The position numbers were made by a program, and so were the translations under genes. The notes beneath the pieces are model-generated. The model did not search any database, was not told where the DNA came from, and saw only the letters and a program-made list of their open reading frames with translations. This document shows positions 13,349-26,016 of a stretch of DNA of 64,000 bases, piece after piece. This DNA is from Blepharisma stoltei ATCC 30299 (Eukaryota > Protista > Ciliophora): positions 1 to 64,000 of the forward strand of contig CBFDEM010000025.1 in NCBI GenBank assembly GCA_965603825.1, read 5' to 3'. The first letter of the stretch is position 1. Every line of letters starts with the position of its first letter.

Positions 13349-15313
13349 CTATCCTAATTTGGTGATTTTCATTTCAACTTCTATTTCAAACCCATCTTCA
13401 TGTCAGCTTGTTTTCATGCTTTGCGCTTTATTTCTTGCAATTTCAAAGGAGCAAAACTTGTGCTCGGCAACATTTGAGTCCTTTTGGGTTGAGAGAAAAA
13501 GAGACTGCTGCTTATCACTTTTGCTGTACCCAAAATGCATGTTTACAAAACTGTGGTACTTGCTTGTATCAATCTCTGAGCGGCTTCTGTAGCACTCAAT
13601 GTCTCGATATGGGTCATAAACTGCTTAAGTAATACGTTCGCAAGAATACTTTGAACTGATTTTGTTATAAACTTCCACAAATCCTTCAAGACATTTGCAA
13701 ATCCCGTTATCTGAAACAGAATTTAAGTTTTTGCAAGCCAAGCAATTATCTCTTGCTAAGCATCTTGCACAATCAGTCATACACACTAAATAAACTTTAC
13801 TTTCACAGGAATTGCTGCTCTTCTCTAAGTAGAACCCGTCTTTGCATACACAATAGCCTGAGAAAGGATTTGAATTAGGATCAGTACATCTCGTACAGTA
13901 GTCATATAATTCACACTCAGAGCAAAGGCTGGAGCATTCTAAATTATCATTACTTTTGCAAGTTTTGGATTCGGTGTCAAGATATTGTCCGCCTGCGCAG
14001 CTCGGTTTGGGGGCCGCAGCAAGCATTTTTTCGAACTCGCTTTCTTCCATTCCCTTTCCAGGGTAAGCTAAATCATTTCTATCGTAGTAGAAATAAAGCA
14101 ACTTGTCTGCACAATGATCTTCCTTTGGAAGCTTTCCAGACTCATATAAGTGGATGATATTCTCAATTAGTTTGGTAAGGCCAGTGATTTTTATTGCTGC
14201 AGGAAAAGCATCTTGGTGTGTCAGCGTGAGGTCAGCTATATCGTTTTCAGTGTCTCATTTTGCAATTGAGTTTGACATAAGCCAAGTGTAGCATAAATTT
14301 ACTTCGCCAAGCGAGCTGTTTGGGCCAGCAGGCTTGATGAATAGGCTTTTCTGAAAGTCAATTGGCTCACTTGTGTAGACTAACTTGAATTGCAGTTCTT
14401 CACTGATTGCGTGAACTACTGTGAGAGCGGGTCTGTACAAGTAGCATCACCCTTCCTTTGGAAGCTCAGTATGTGTCCAGCTCAGAGCAGCATAATAATT
14501 TGAATTGCCAAACCTAACATAAGGTGACCCGCCTCTAAGAAATCCTGGCTTTCACTTATACTCCCCATTAACTCTAACACAATTTCCATCAGTTGAGCAA
14601 TCAATGACTTGGAAGTTTTCAAAGTTATATACAAAGTACATGTGCTCATCATCTATAATGAGTGGCGTCCAATTCTTTTCCATGATCACTACATTTCCAT
14701 GGTGCTCTGGAATGAATAACTGCTGGGTTTTCCCAGTTGTGTAGCTATATATAAACATAGGCCGTGCAGATAAGTCAAGCTTCTTCATGTTAAACGCAAT
14801 AAAAAACTGATCAGAAAAAGCTCTGAAAAGCCTTCCGTCTTCTGGGCCGCTGTTTTCGTAATTCCATGAATGAGGTATGTCCAAGACGGAAGGAACTTTT
14901 GTCGAGCCAATCATAACTTCATCCCCTACTTCTTTTCAGTCCTTATCATAAAAAGTAGTATAAATGTAGCAGATCCTGGATAAAACCCATACGCGCATCG
15001 CTACTAAAAATAAGTTTCTTTCTGGGACTCAGATTGCTGATGGGTGCAGATATCTGATATCTTTTATTTGTACTCTGGGTTTTCAGCCATCAGGGATTAC
15101 CTTATGAATGGTGTTGTAAAGAGATTCTTTATCAATAAATCCTTTTATATAAACGTCAATCTTTTCTTTGTCATTGAAATAGGTCTCCTTTTTCAGTAAA
15201 TTTATTTGGCTGTTTACGTCTAAGTATGGACACCCATTACGAATCACTACTTCGTCTTCTGCTTTTATATAACTTCCAAAAAAACTTAACAATATCAGAA
15301 AACCTATAGACAT
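13349..15313 (-). CDS. Bmt/GT91-like (GH130-like propeller) protein A1 with furin-like Cys-rich repeats; introns 13786-13800, 13621-13635
   Basis: Signal peptide, GPEDGRLF, EKNWTP, LRGGSP, CYLYRP, then CxxC repeats. ORF fragments are joined through TGA=Trp. Confidence 0.8.
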
Positions 15314-15425
15314 AATTGCCTACTGATTGCATAATAAAAAATTAAAATGAGATTTTATATGTTAATGAGACTAAAATGAGTTTGTAAGCATACCTTATTT
15401 GTAATATATAAATTTTTCCAATAAT

Positions 15426-17441
15426 TTATGATTTAGCTATCTTGATGTTGATTTCAAATAAAATCCCATCTTTAATAAAGCTTGCTTGCTGATTTTGGTT
15501 TTTATTCCTGGAGACATCAAAATCAAAATACTGGGTTTCTTCAAACAAGGAATTCTGATTTCCAGCTGAGTCTTTGCTTGATAGAGCTACAGATAATTTA
15601 TCATTGTTCAGCTGATATCCTAAATTTACACTATGGAAATTTTCATAATCACTTTTATCAATTTCTGAAAAATCCTTATGTGATTTATAGCAGCTATATT
15701 TTTTAGCTGCTTCGTAGTCTAAATATTTCTTACCTTCACATATATAACTTTTTAGTTCTTCATGAAACACTTCTAGAAACCCTTCAAGACATTTGCAAGC
15801 CCCATTATCCACAACCATGTTCGCATTCTTGCACTTTAGACAGTTCTGAAAGTCTGAACATTTAGCACAACCTTCAGAGCACGCTGCATAAAGCTTACAT
15901 TTACATGACTTGCTATTTTCATGAAAGAAGTACCCATCTTGGCATAGGCAATATCCTTCAAGCGGTTTCGCATTTATATCACTGCATGAGGTGCAGTAGT
16001 CGCAGCTGAGACAATCTGAGCACCAGTTATGACATCCTATGTGAAAGTTACTTTTACATTCTCCCTCATTATTCAAAAATAACCCTTTCTCACAGCTTTT
16101 GGGTTGAGTCCCGATTTTCTTTTGATACTCTACTTCTTCATTCCCAATTTTCGGCAGTGAAAGATCATCCAAATTAAAATAAAACTTGGTAAGCTTTTCT
16201 GAACATTTATCTTCTACTGGAAGATTTCCTAGCTCATATGTTTCAATAATTTTGTTGACAACTGCGCTCAAGCCTATTGCTTTTAAAGAAACAGCCCTTG
16301 CATCTCCTAGAGTGAAAATCATATCTGATATGTCATTCTCCATATCTAATTTTGCAATTGAGTTTCCTACAGTCCAGGACATCGGCCCGTCACACAAGTG
16401 CATATCATTTAATGAACGAAAATGGCCAGGTGGATATAGAAATATTCGCTTTTCGAAGTCAAATGGCTCGCTTGTATATATAAGTTCGAAAGAGGGCTCA
16501 TCTCTAAATGCTTGAACTATTGTCAATACTGGACGATAAACATGGCAAAATACCTGTTTTGGATACTCTGCATGTATGATGCCGAGAGATAAATAATAAT
16601 TTGTGTCTCCTAGTCTCACATATGGAGATCCCCCTCTAAGAAATCCTGGCTTCCTTTTAAAATCTCCTTGCACCCTTTTGCATGGCCCTTCATCAGTGCA
16701 GTCTATGACCTGAAAATTTTCGAAATTATAGACAAAGTAGATGTGGGAGTCATCAATGATAATTGGAGACCAATTTTTTTCTATTACAAATGCCTTTTCT
16801 CTATGCTCTGGTATAGAGAGTTCTTGCATACTCCCTGTTGAAAATCTATACATGTACATCGGTCTAGCCGATGAGTCTGATTTTTTCATATTAAAGATAA
16901 TAAAGAATTCGTCCTTTAGTGCTCTGAAAAGTCGCCCGTCCTCTGGGCCAGAGTTTTCCACATTTCAATCACTTGGGATATTGAGTATTGAAGGCACCTT
17001 TGTGGATCCAACCATGTCTTCTGTGCGAATTTCTTTCCAATCAGAGTCAAAGAAAGTGACGTACAGATAGCAGATCCTGCTTAAAGCCCACACTCTTACT
17101 GCGACTAAAAATAAATTCCTTTCAGGAATCCACATAGCTGAAGGATGCAGATATCTGATATCATCATTTGACTTGATCCTTGATGAATAAGTGCTTGGCA
17201 TTGCATTTTTTACTATATTTGTCAAATATTCTTTGTTTAAAAAATCTTTGGAATAGATATTGAGAATTTCTTTGTCATCATATTGAGTTACTTTTTCCAG
17301 AATGCGGATTTGGCTGTTGATATCGAAGTATGGGCATCCATGTATAAGCTTGGGTCCTTCTGTAACGCTAGAATCGGCCTTATAAAGACAAAGCAATAAT
17401 CCAAGCCAAAACAACTTTTGTATTTTGCAATTCCATATCAT
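15426..17441 (-). CDS. Bmt/GT91-like protein A2 with furin-like repeats; stopless introns 15884-15898, 15719-15733
   Basis: Signal peptide, GPEDGRLF, EKNWSP, LRGGSP, CHVYRP. A single TGA at 16965 links the two ORFs. Confidence 0.82.
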
Positions 17442-17499
17442 TAAGCTTGAATTAATGAGACTAATGATTATTTATTTATAATCATTAAAATTATATTTA

Positions 17500-18828
17500 A
17501 TGTGATCAAGTTATTGGCTGCTATTTATTGAGCTTTCTGTTCTTTTCTTAAGCAATTTCTCAAGAGGCTATTCAATTTATGACGAAACGTTACCAACTTA
17601 TAAAGACTGTCCTGCTTTAGATGCAAACAAACTGATTGAGATTATGAGGGCTAGCATTTACTATAGAAAAGGGGAAAAAACAGATATATACATGAAATTG
17701 ATTTTTGACTCTAAGTATATATATACACTCCTCACACCCTACATAATCCCTGAAGAAATGCAAAAATTCAAGAACAGCCCAGACGATATCCGAATATTTT
17801 ACCCTTCTGCTATATGACTTGAAGAAAGAAAGCTTTATCTTGCCGTTGTGCGAGCAAGTCTTTGAGATACTTATAGTTTCCTTTACTCCTCTTTTTTTGA
17901 TTCAGAATGAAACGAAATTCGTGACGAAGAGTACATTGGCAATACCAAGATTCCTGGAGTTATGGAAATCGAAAAAATGTGGTTGCAGCATTGGTCAGGG
18001 CCTGAAGATCCCAGAATCTTCCGAGGTCCTAAAGGAGAGCTGCATTTTATCTTTAATATGCTGACAAGAGATTATAAAAGGACAATGAATATTTATAGCT
18101 ATTCTACTGGGACTTCAAGGCAGCTCGTCTTGGAAGAGCATCTTGGCAGCCAAAATATCCTGGAGAAAAATTGGACCCCTCTAATTGTGGACGATGAGCA
18201 TATGTACTTCATTTTTAACTATAAAAATTTGCAAATTATTGACTGCACTGAGGAAAACCAAATATGCAAAAAGGTTAGGGAGACTTACAATTCTGTTCCT
18301 AACTCTATAAGGGGAGGATCTCCTTACGTAAGATATGCAGACACAAACTATTTTGTCTCCTTTATATACACAAATGTAAATGCAGATGCTCCTGAAATCA
18401 ATATGAAGCCTTATAGACCAGCGTTATCCATAATAGAGTACATTGAAGGAGTCAGGCCAGACTTCAAGCTGATTTATGAAAGTGAGCCTATTGATTTTGG
18501 AAATAGAGTGTTTTTGTCTCCAGTGACACAATATAAATCCATAGGTGAAACTTTTGATAGTACTATATCAAGGATTATGATGGTCCACTCTATATCAAAA
18601 TGGAATTATAAAGAAGACATTGTGGATTTAACACTCACAATTAATGATTCTTTTTCTCTCGCTATTAGAGTGAAAGGCATAACTGCACTTATTCAATTCC
18701 TAATCAATATGTATGAATATGGAAGGCTTGATGAAAAAGAAGACTGTGCAATAACTCTGTCCTTCAATTATCACAGACAATTATGGCCAAAACATCTTTT
18801 CAATACTATTAAATTTAGCGTAAAGTGA
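17500..18828 (+). CDS. Bmt/GT91-like protein A3 (catalytic domain only); 3' end ambiguous (TGA 18826-18828 or TAA 19006-19008)
   Basis: M(W)SSYWLLF signal peptide, GPEDPRIF, EKNWTP, IRGGSP, YRP. Confidence 0.8.
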
Positions 18829-18855
18829 CTAGAATTACTATTAATAAATCTTTAT

Positions 18856-20856
18856 CTAGAGTTTTGTTGCTTTCACTTGCAGTTCTATAATATACCCATC
18901 TCTAACAATACTTGTTTCGAGTTTCTGGACCTTTTCTTTGCTCATGTCAAATTCACAATATTTTATTTCCTGGTCAGCCATTTCGTTTCCTGGACTTATG
19001 CCTGATAAAACCATTGATAAGGAATTTTTATCAGGGCTTATATAATAGCCAAGTTTTGAATCAAATAGCGTGTATTCCTGCCTGTCGATTTCTGTGTGAC
19101 TACGGTAGCATCCAAACATTTTTTCAGCATCTATTTTTGTAATATCCTCACAAGAGTATGTTTTGGTTTGCGAGTTAAAAACTTCTATAAAGCCTTCGAG
19201 GCACTTACAGGAGCCGTTATCAACAACTGAGTTAGGAGACTTGCATTTTAAGCAGTCATCATGAGAAGAGCAGATAGAACAACTTTGAGAGCAAGCTAAA
19301 TAGAAAATACATTTGCAAGAATTTGCTACTGGATCCATGTAAAAACCATCTTTGCAGAAGCAGTAGCCTCCATTGGGAACTGCATTTGGGTCTTTGCATT
19401 CGGTGCAGTAGTCATAAATTTCACATTTAGCGCAGAGATTAAAACATCCTAAATAGAAATTACTTTCACATTTATTGGTTTCCTGGTCAAAATAATTCAT
19501 ATGCTCGCATTGTGGTTTTACCTCAACAACACTTTTCACGTTCTTTTCAAAATCCTTTTCTTCAAGCCCTTTTATTGGACTGATTAAATCTCTTTGGTTA
19601 TAATAGTCATATGCAAACCTCTCTGCACATTTAGTTTCTGCTGGAAGAATTCCTTTCTCATAATCTGCAATGATTTCTCCAACAAACTTATATATTCCTT
19701 TAACTTTGACAACAAGCTGGAACTCGTCGCCAAGGCTAAAGGTTATGTCAGATATATCACTTTTTTCATCTATTCTGGCTATTGAATTTGGAATCAGCCA
19801 TGCACCACTTCCACAAAATACTTTCTCGCTTTGTGATTTGTACTTAGTCATAGGGTACATGATGATTCTGTCTCTAAAATCGATTGGCTCACTTGTATAA
19901 ATTAATCTGAAATCCTCATCATTGCCATTTGCCTTAACTAGTGATAGTGCTGGCCTGTAAAGCTTACATCAGCCACTTTTGATATATTCTAAATGAGTGA
20001 AGCTTAGGGATAAATAATAATCAGTGTCCTTGTATTTCTGAAATGCTGTCCCACCTCTTAAGATCCCAGGCTCTCTTTTATAACTTCCTGTGATCCTGGT
20101 ACAGCTACCCTCTTCTGTGCAGTCAACAACTTGGAAATTTTCAAAGTTATAAATAAAGTACAAGTGATTATCATCGATTATCAGAGGTGACCAATTTTTT
20201 TCAATCAGTACAGTTTTACCATCATGCTCAGGGATTCTCAGTTGATTAAATTTGCCAGTGGTAAAGCTATACAAGTATATAGGCCTTGCTGGCGGCTCTT
20301 TCCTTTTCATGTTAAAGATAATGAAAAACTGGTCTGAAAATGCCCTAAAGACTCTTCCATCTTCAGGTCCAGAGTTTGCAATGCTCCAGTCATTTGGAAT
20401 ATTAAGTAAAGAAGGAACTTTCGTGGCGCCTATCATCACTTCTTCTTTGACTTCTTTTCAGTTTTCATCAAAAAAGGTTGTATATATATAGCATATATAT
20501 TCAAATACCCAAACTCTCACTGATGCAAGGAACAATTGCCTTTCAGGAATCCAAACAGCTGAAGTTTGGAATACTTTGATGGCTTTTTCCCTATATTTAT
20601 AAAGCCTCTCTACTTCATTTGTAGGAATAACGCTTAGAATTCTATCAAAAAGATCCTCTCCATCTATGAACCTCTTTATATATGCGTCAAAAATTTTAGT
20701 TTGGCGATCATAGTCAGTTTCTTGCTCAAGAATAGACAGCTGCTTATTAATGTCATAGTAAGGACACTCAAAAATAATCCTCATTTCTATTTCGCCAACT
20801 GCAACATATCATAAGCAGACTAAGGATAATTGTATTCATTTTAAGAAATTCTTCAT
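18856..20856 (-). CDS. Bmt/GT91-like protein A4 with furin-like repeats; stopless intron 19296-19310
   Basis: Signal peptide, GPEDGRVF, EKNWSP, LRGGT, CKLYRP, CxxC repeats. Confidence 0.8.
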
Positions 20857-20932
20857 TTTATATATATTTATAGCTTGAATAAATCCAAAATTTTATAAAT
20901 TTATTCAACATAAGAATTTTCATAGATAATTA

Positions 20933-22210
20933 ATGGCTGTTACATTTATCCTTTGCTGAGTGGTGCTGGAGTTTGGAACTTTCAGCTCCTCGTTGGAAGA
21001 CGAAGTTATCCAAACTCTTGAAGGCTGCCCAATCTTAGGCATCAATAATTATATTTCACTGGCTAAGAAGCCTGTAGATACTTCAGGTGGTGGCTATTTT
21101 AAGATTATTTTTGATAAAGAGTACATTGTGACCTTGCTGGGACCACATATTTGTGAAGAAGAAAAAGCCAAATTCAACAGAATGAGTCCTGAAGATAAAG
21201 CTAATAATCATTTGTTTTTCCCCACAGCTCTTTGGCTACCAGAAAAGCAGCTTTATTTGGCAGCTGCAAGACTTACCATTTTTGATTGGTTTAGCTTCGT
21301 TTACGTCACCTTTTTTGATGAGGACTGAAATGAAATTCGAGAAACAGACTATATAGGCAAAACCAAAGTGCCCAGCGTGATCACCCTAGGAGAAATGAAG
21401 CAGGCAATGTGGTGGGGCCCTGAAGATCCACGTATATTTCAAGCTTTTTCAAGCGAAATTTTTTTTATTTCCACCCTATTAGAAGGAGAACCAAATTTCA
21501 ACCGACAAATAAATCTTTATCAGTTTTCAACTGCCACGCACAGGAAACTTGAGCTGGAAGAGCACATAGGGAAATCGTATAGAGTTGAAAAGAATTGGAG
21601 TCCGCTAATAGTTGACGACAAGCATTTGTATTTTTTATACAAGTACGAGGGTATTCAAATAATTGATTGCACTGAAGAAAGCCAGCCATGCAAAAGGATT
21701 TCTGGCTCAGATAAGCCATTGAGTCGCACTCATGGCTCAAGCCCGTATGTCAAATTTTTAAATACGAACTACTTCGTCTCTTTCGCATGAACAAACATTG
21801 TGTTCACAAAGCCTCATTATCGGCCATCGCTGTCTATTATTGAAGTTCTAGATGAAGGAAAAGAATTCAGGCTAATTTATACGAGTGAGCCGCTTCACTT
21901 CACGTCCACAGCAATTTCTGATCCTAAATCGCTTAAAACGAAACTATCAAATAATGATCTAAGAAGGGTTTTGATGATTACAAGTATAGCGAGATGGGAT
22001 TTTGAAAGCGGAGTTACTGATATAAACCTCAGCATTGATGACGATATGGCAGTTGCAGCTAGAGTCTCTGGGCTGACTGATTTTGTGCATTATATTATCA
22101 ATGTTTATGAATATGGAAGACTGCCTGACGAGAATAGTTGTGCAGAAAAAACTGCTAAAGATTATTACAGAAGTTTGCCTAAGGGAACATTTGTGGACAG
22201 TACTATTTAG
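20933..22210 (+). CDS. Bmt/GT91-like protein A5
   Basis: Signal peptide, GPEDPRIF, EKNWSP, HGSSP (variant), YRP. Continuous with TGA=Trp. Confidence 0.8.
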
Positions 22211-22551
22211 TTTACTTTTTTAATTTTAGGCTACTTTTAATTTCTTATCATAATAGCATTTAACTTCATTTATTTGATTAAACTAGATAAAACCAAGAAT
22301 ATAGGTAAATTATTTATAATTCTTAATAAAAGAATAAAAATAAAGATTCATTTAGCTAATTAATTTCATAAATCGGTTAAACATTATCTTTTGTAAATTT
22401 CTAAAAAATGCATAATTTTCAAATAAAAAATTATAGTAAGACTCTCCAAACATTATGTTCATTTAATAGCTTGCAATCAAATACTAAAATTTTGTAATTA
22501 GAGTTTACCTTTTTCTTATTTTTGGTACAGCATTTTAAAATAAAGTAATTT

Positions 22552-23826
22552 ATGCTCTTGGCATGCCTTTTAATAGCTAAGTGAGCACTTTGCCTGGGAT
22601 TCTCAATAGAGGACGAAACTGTTCTAACAATCGAAGGATGCCCTGGCCTTTATATAAATGACAATGTCCAATTATTGAATCAATCACCTGACTATGCCAA
22701 TAACTTTCAACCCCTCAATGTCTACATCAAGAAGCTATTTGACTGGAACCACATTTTTGGCTTACTGGAGCCTCATCTGCATGAAAGTTTACTAGAAAGG
22801 TATAAAAAAATAACAAGCAGTGATATGCAAGACAGCGCAATTTTGTTCCCTTCAGCAATCTGACTCCCTGATAAAAAACTCTATCTTGTTACATCAAGAG
22901 TCTTCTTATTTCGATGAATCAGTTTCTTATATGTTACTTTTTATGACTCTGAATGAAATGAAGTAACCACAGAAGATTATGTGGGAAAAACCAAAGTCCC
23001 AGGAATTATTCCAATTTCAGTAAAAGATAAAGACGCATCAACTGGGCCAGAAGACCCCCGACTGTTTGTGGCGCTTAATAATGAAATATTCGTTATCTTT
23101 AACCGACTTGTAGATGATCGCAACAGGATAATGCACCTTTATCAATTTTCTACAGCAACTTCTCGAAAGCTTTATTTAGAAGAGGATGCTGAAAAACAAC
23201 GTATTGATGAGAAAAATTGGACTCCATTGATTATTGATAAGGAACACTTATACTTTGTGTACAATTTTAAGAATTTACAAATTATTGACTGCACAGCAGA
23301 AAATGAGCCTTGCAAAAAAGTTTCTGGAAAATTTGATCCTAAGCCTGAAGCCTTGCGTGGAGGAAGTCCTTTTGTAAGATTTACAAACACTAACTACTAC
23401 GTTTCTCTCTCATATACCCATATTTTTCTCAAAAACTGCCACTTTTACAGGCCTGTTTTTGTAGTTATGGAAGCAGTCAAGGAGCAGTTGTCCTTCAAGA
23501 TGATATATCAGAGCGAGCCATTTGATCTAAACAATAGGGTATTTCTGGAGCCTTTTACAAATTATAAGTATCCTAACCAAATTAGAGACTGCATGATGGT
23601 AATTCCTTCTTCGATTGCTTCGTGGAATTTTGAAGACGACATTGCAGATCTACACGTTACAATTGAGGATCATATCCCAGTTGTAGCTAGGGTGAAAGGA
23701 TTGGCAAAGTTTGTTGAATATATTATCAATATGTACGAGTATGGACGATTACCTGAGAACGATAACTGTGCAGCAAAGTTTTCTGAAAGGTATTTTTTAG
23801 CGCAAAGTCCAAAGTTTGCTTATTAA
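22552..23826 (+). CDS. Bmt/GT91-like protein A6
   Basis: Signal peptide, GPEDPRLF, EKNWTP, LRGGSP, CHFYRP. Confidence 0.8.
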
Positions 23827-24487
23827 TTATAAATTAGTTTAAGCGATAGATGACAGGAATATTCAAGTTTTTTAATGCAGTATTTAATATTTATTATTTG
23901 AGTTCAATTTCTAAATAAATAAAAATTTGATGAAGTCAATTTATTAGTTTTTTGCAAGCTTGAGATGATAATATAAGATAAGCAGATTTTTAATAGTTTT
24001 ATAAATTTTAATGCGTATGGCCGCTATTATATTAAAATCTTTCTAATAAGGGGGTTTTAAACATTACCCATTTTTGTTCAGTTTATTTGGATCCTATTTT
24101 TCTTTATATTTTATTGTAATGTAGCAGCATAATTTATACCTGTCAGAGATAATTTTAAAGAGCTTGAGTACTATTAGTAAATTAAGTCTTTGGGAGCATC
24201 AAAGTGGTATAATTGCTATTCTAAAATATATAAATGCCGGATTTCATGTCAATCTGTTTATTCTTTGAAAATGTTGATCCTGGTATCTCAATCTATCTAT
24301 ATCTTCATATAGCTGCTTCCTGATCATATAGAGTGTCAAAAGAAATTCTCTTTACTTCTTCCCAACAGCGACTTATATATACGAACGAATTTTAATAATT
24401 GTAGTAGTCTCAGGTATTTTTATTTTTATAAAATGGCTAGCTTTAAATCTCATGCATTCGATAATAAATGCCTTCATATAAAATTTA

Positions 24488-25762
24488 ATGATTACTCTTG
24501 TAATCATCTGTTTTATGACGCTATATCCTTGCAGCCTAGGCTACTCAGTAGAAGATGAATTTCTAAAGACTTTTAAGGGCTGTCCAGTCCTTGATGTCGA
24601 GGATCATATTTCTCTCGTGAAGAAGCCAGCCCCGCCAAGTGAAGCTTATATTAAGCTGCTCTTTGACATTGACTATATTTATACATTGCTGCCACCTCAT
24701 ATTTGTGAAGAAGAAAAAGCTAGATTTCAAAGAATGAGCCCAGATGACAAAGGAAAAACTCATCTCTTCTTCCCATCAGCTCTTTGACTCCCAGAAAAGA
24801 AGCTTTATCTTGCAGCTGCCAGAGTCTCTATTCTTGATTCATATAGCTACGTTTATATCACTTTCTTTGACGAAAATTGAAATGAAGTACGAGAAATTGA
24901 TTTCATAGGAAAGACCAAAGTCCCTAGCATCCTTACCTTAGGAGAAATGAAGCGAGCCCTGTGGTGAGGACCAGAAGATCCACGCATCTTTCGAGCTCTG
25001 TCGAACGAAATTTTCTTTATTGCGACTTTGATGGAAGGTGCACCAAATTTCAACAGACAAATAAATCTGTATCGGTTTTCAACTGCAACTCATAGGAAGC
25101 TTGAGCTAGAAGAACACGTTGGGAAGGTATGGCGTGTTGAAAAGAACTGAAGCCCACTTACAATTGACGACAAGCATCTGTATTTCCTATACAAGTACGA
25201 GGGCACACAAGTAATTGATTGCACCGAAGAACGACTGCCATGCAAAAGAATATTTGGCTCCGAAAAAGAATTAAGCCGGATTCATGGTTCGAGTCCTTAT
25301 GTTAGATTTTTAAACACAAATTATTTTGTCTCATTCGCCTGGACAAATATTGAATTTAAAAAGCCTCACCATCGCCCAGCATTGTCTATTATAGAAGTGA
25401 TAGATGAAGGACGAGAATTCAAATTGATCTATACCAGTGAGCCTCTTCATTTTGCATCTACAGCGCTTTCAGACCCTAAATGGGTTAAAACAAAACTATC
25501 AAATAACGATTTACGGAGGGTTTTGATGGTCACAAGTATAGCGAGATGAGACTTTGAAAGTGGCGTTGCTGATATAACTCTGAGTATTGATGACGATTTG
25601 GCTGTCGCTGCAAAAATAACTGGGATGACTGATTTTGTGCAATATGTTATCAATGTTTATGATTATGGGAGACTGCCTGATGAAAACAAATGCGCTCAGA
25701 AATTTGCTGAAGATTATTTCAACAATTTGCCCGAAGGATTATTTGTTGATATTGATTATTAA
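24488..25762 (+). CDS. Bmt/GT91-like protein A7 (close paralog of A5)
   Basis: GPEDPRIF, EKN(W=TGA)SP, HGSSP. Several Trp codons are TGG in A5 and TGA here. TAA at 25760-25762. Confidence 0.8.
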
Positions 25763-26016
25763 TTTATTTTCTTAAATTTTGATTATGCATTTTAATATTT
25801 CATATTAATTTTCATTATAATTAGCAATCAACTCGAAAAGTTTAATATGTTATTAGTGATATTAAATTTAAATATTTCGCCTAGGCAAGATTGTAATCAG
25901 CAGTTATAACCTTCTAACAGCCTATATATATAAAAATTTGGAATTTTGAAAATTGAAACTCATATGAGTTGGCAGATCCATATTTTGTTTTTATTATCAT
26001 TTTGAAAAAGTGTATT

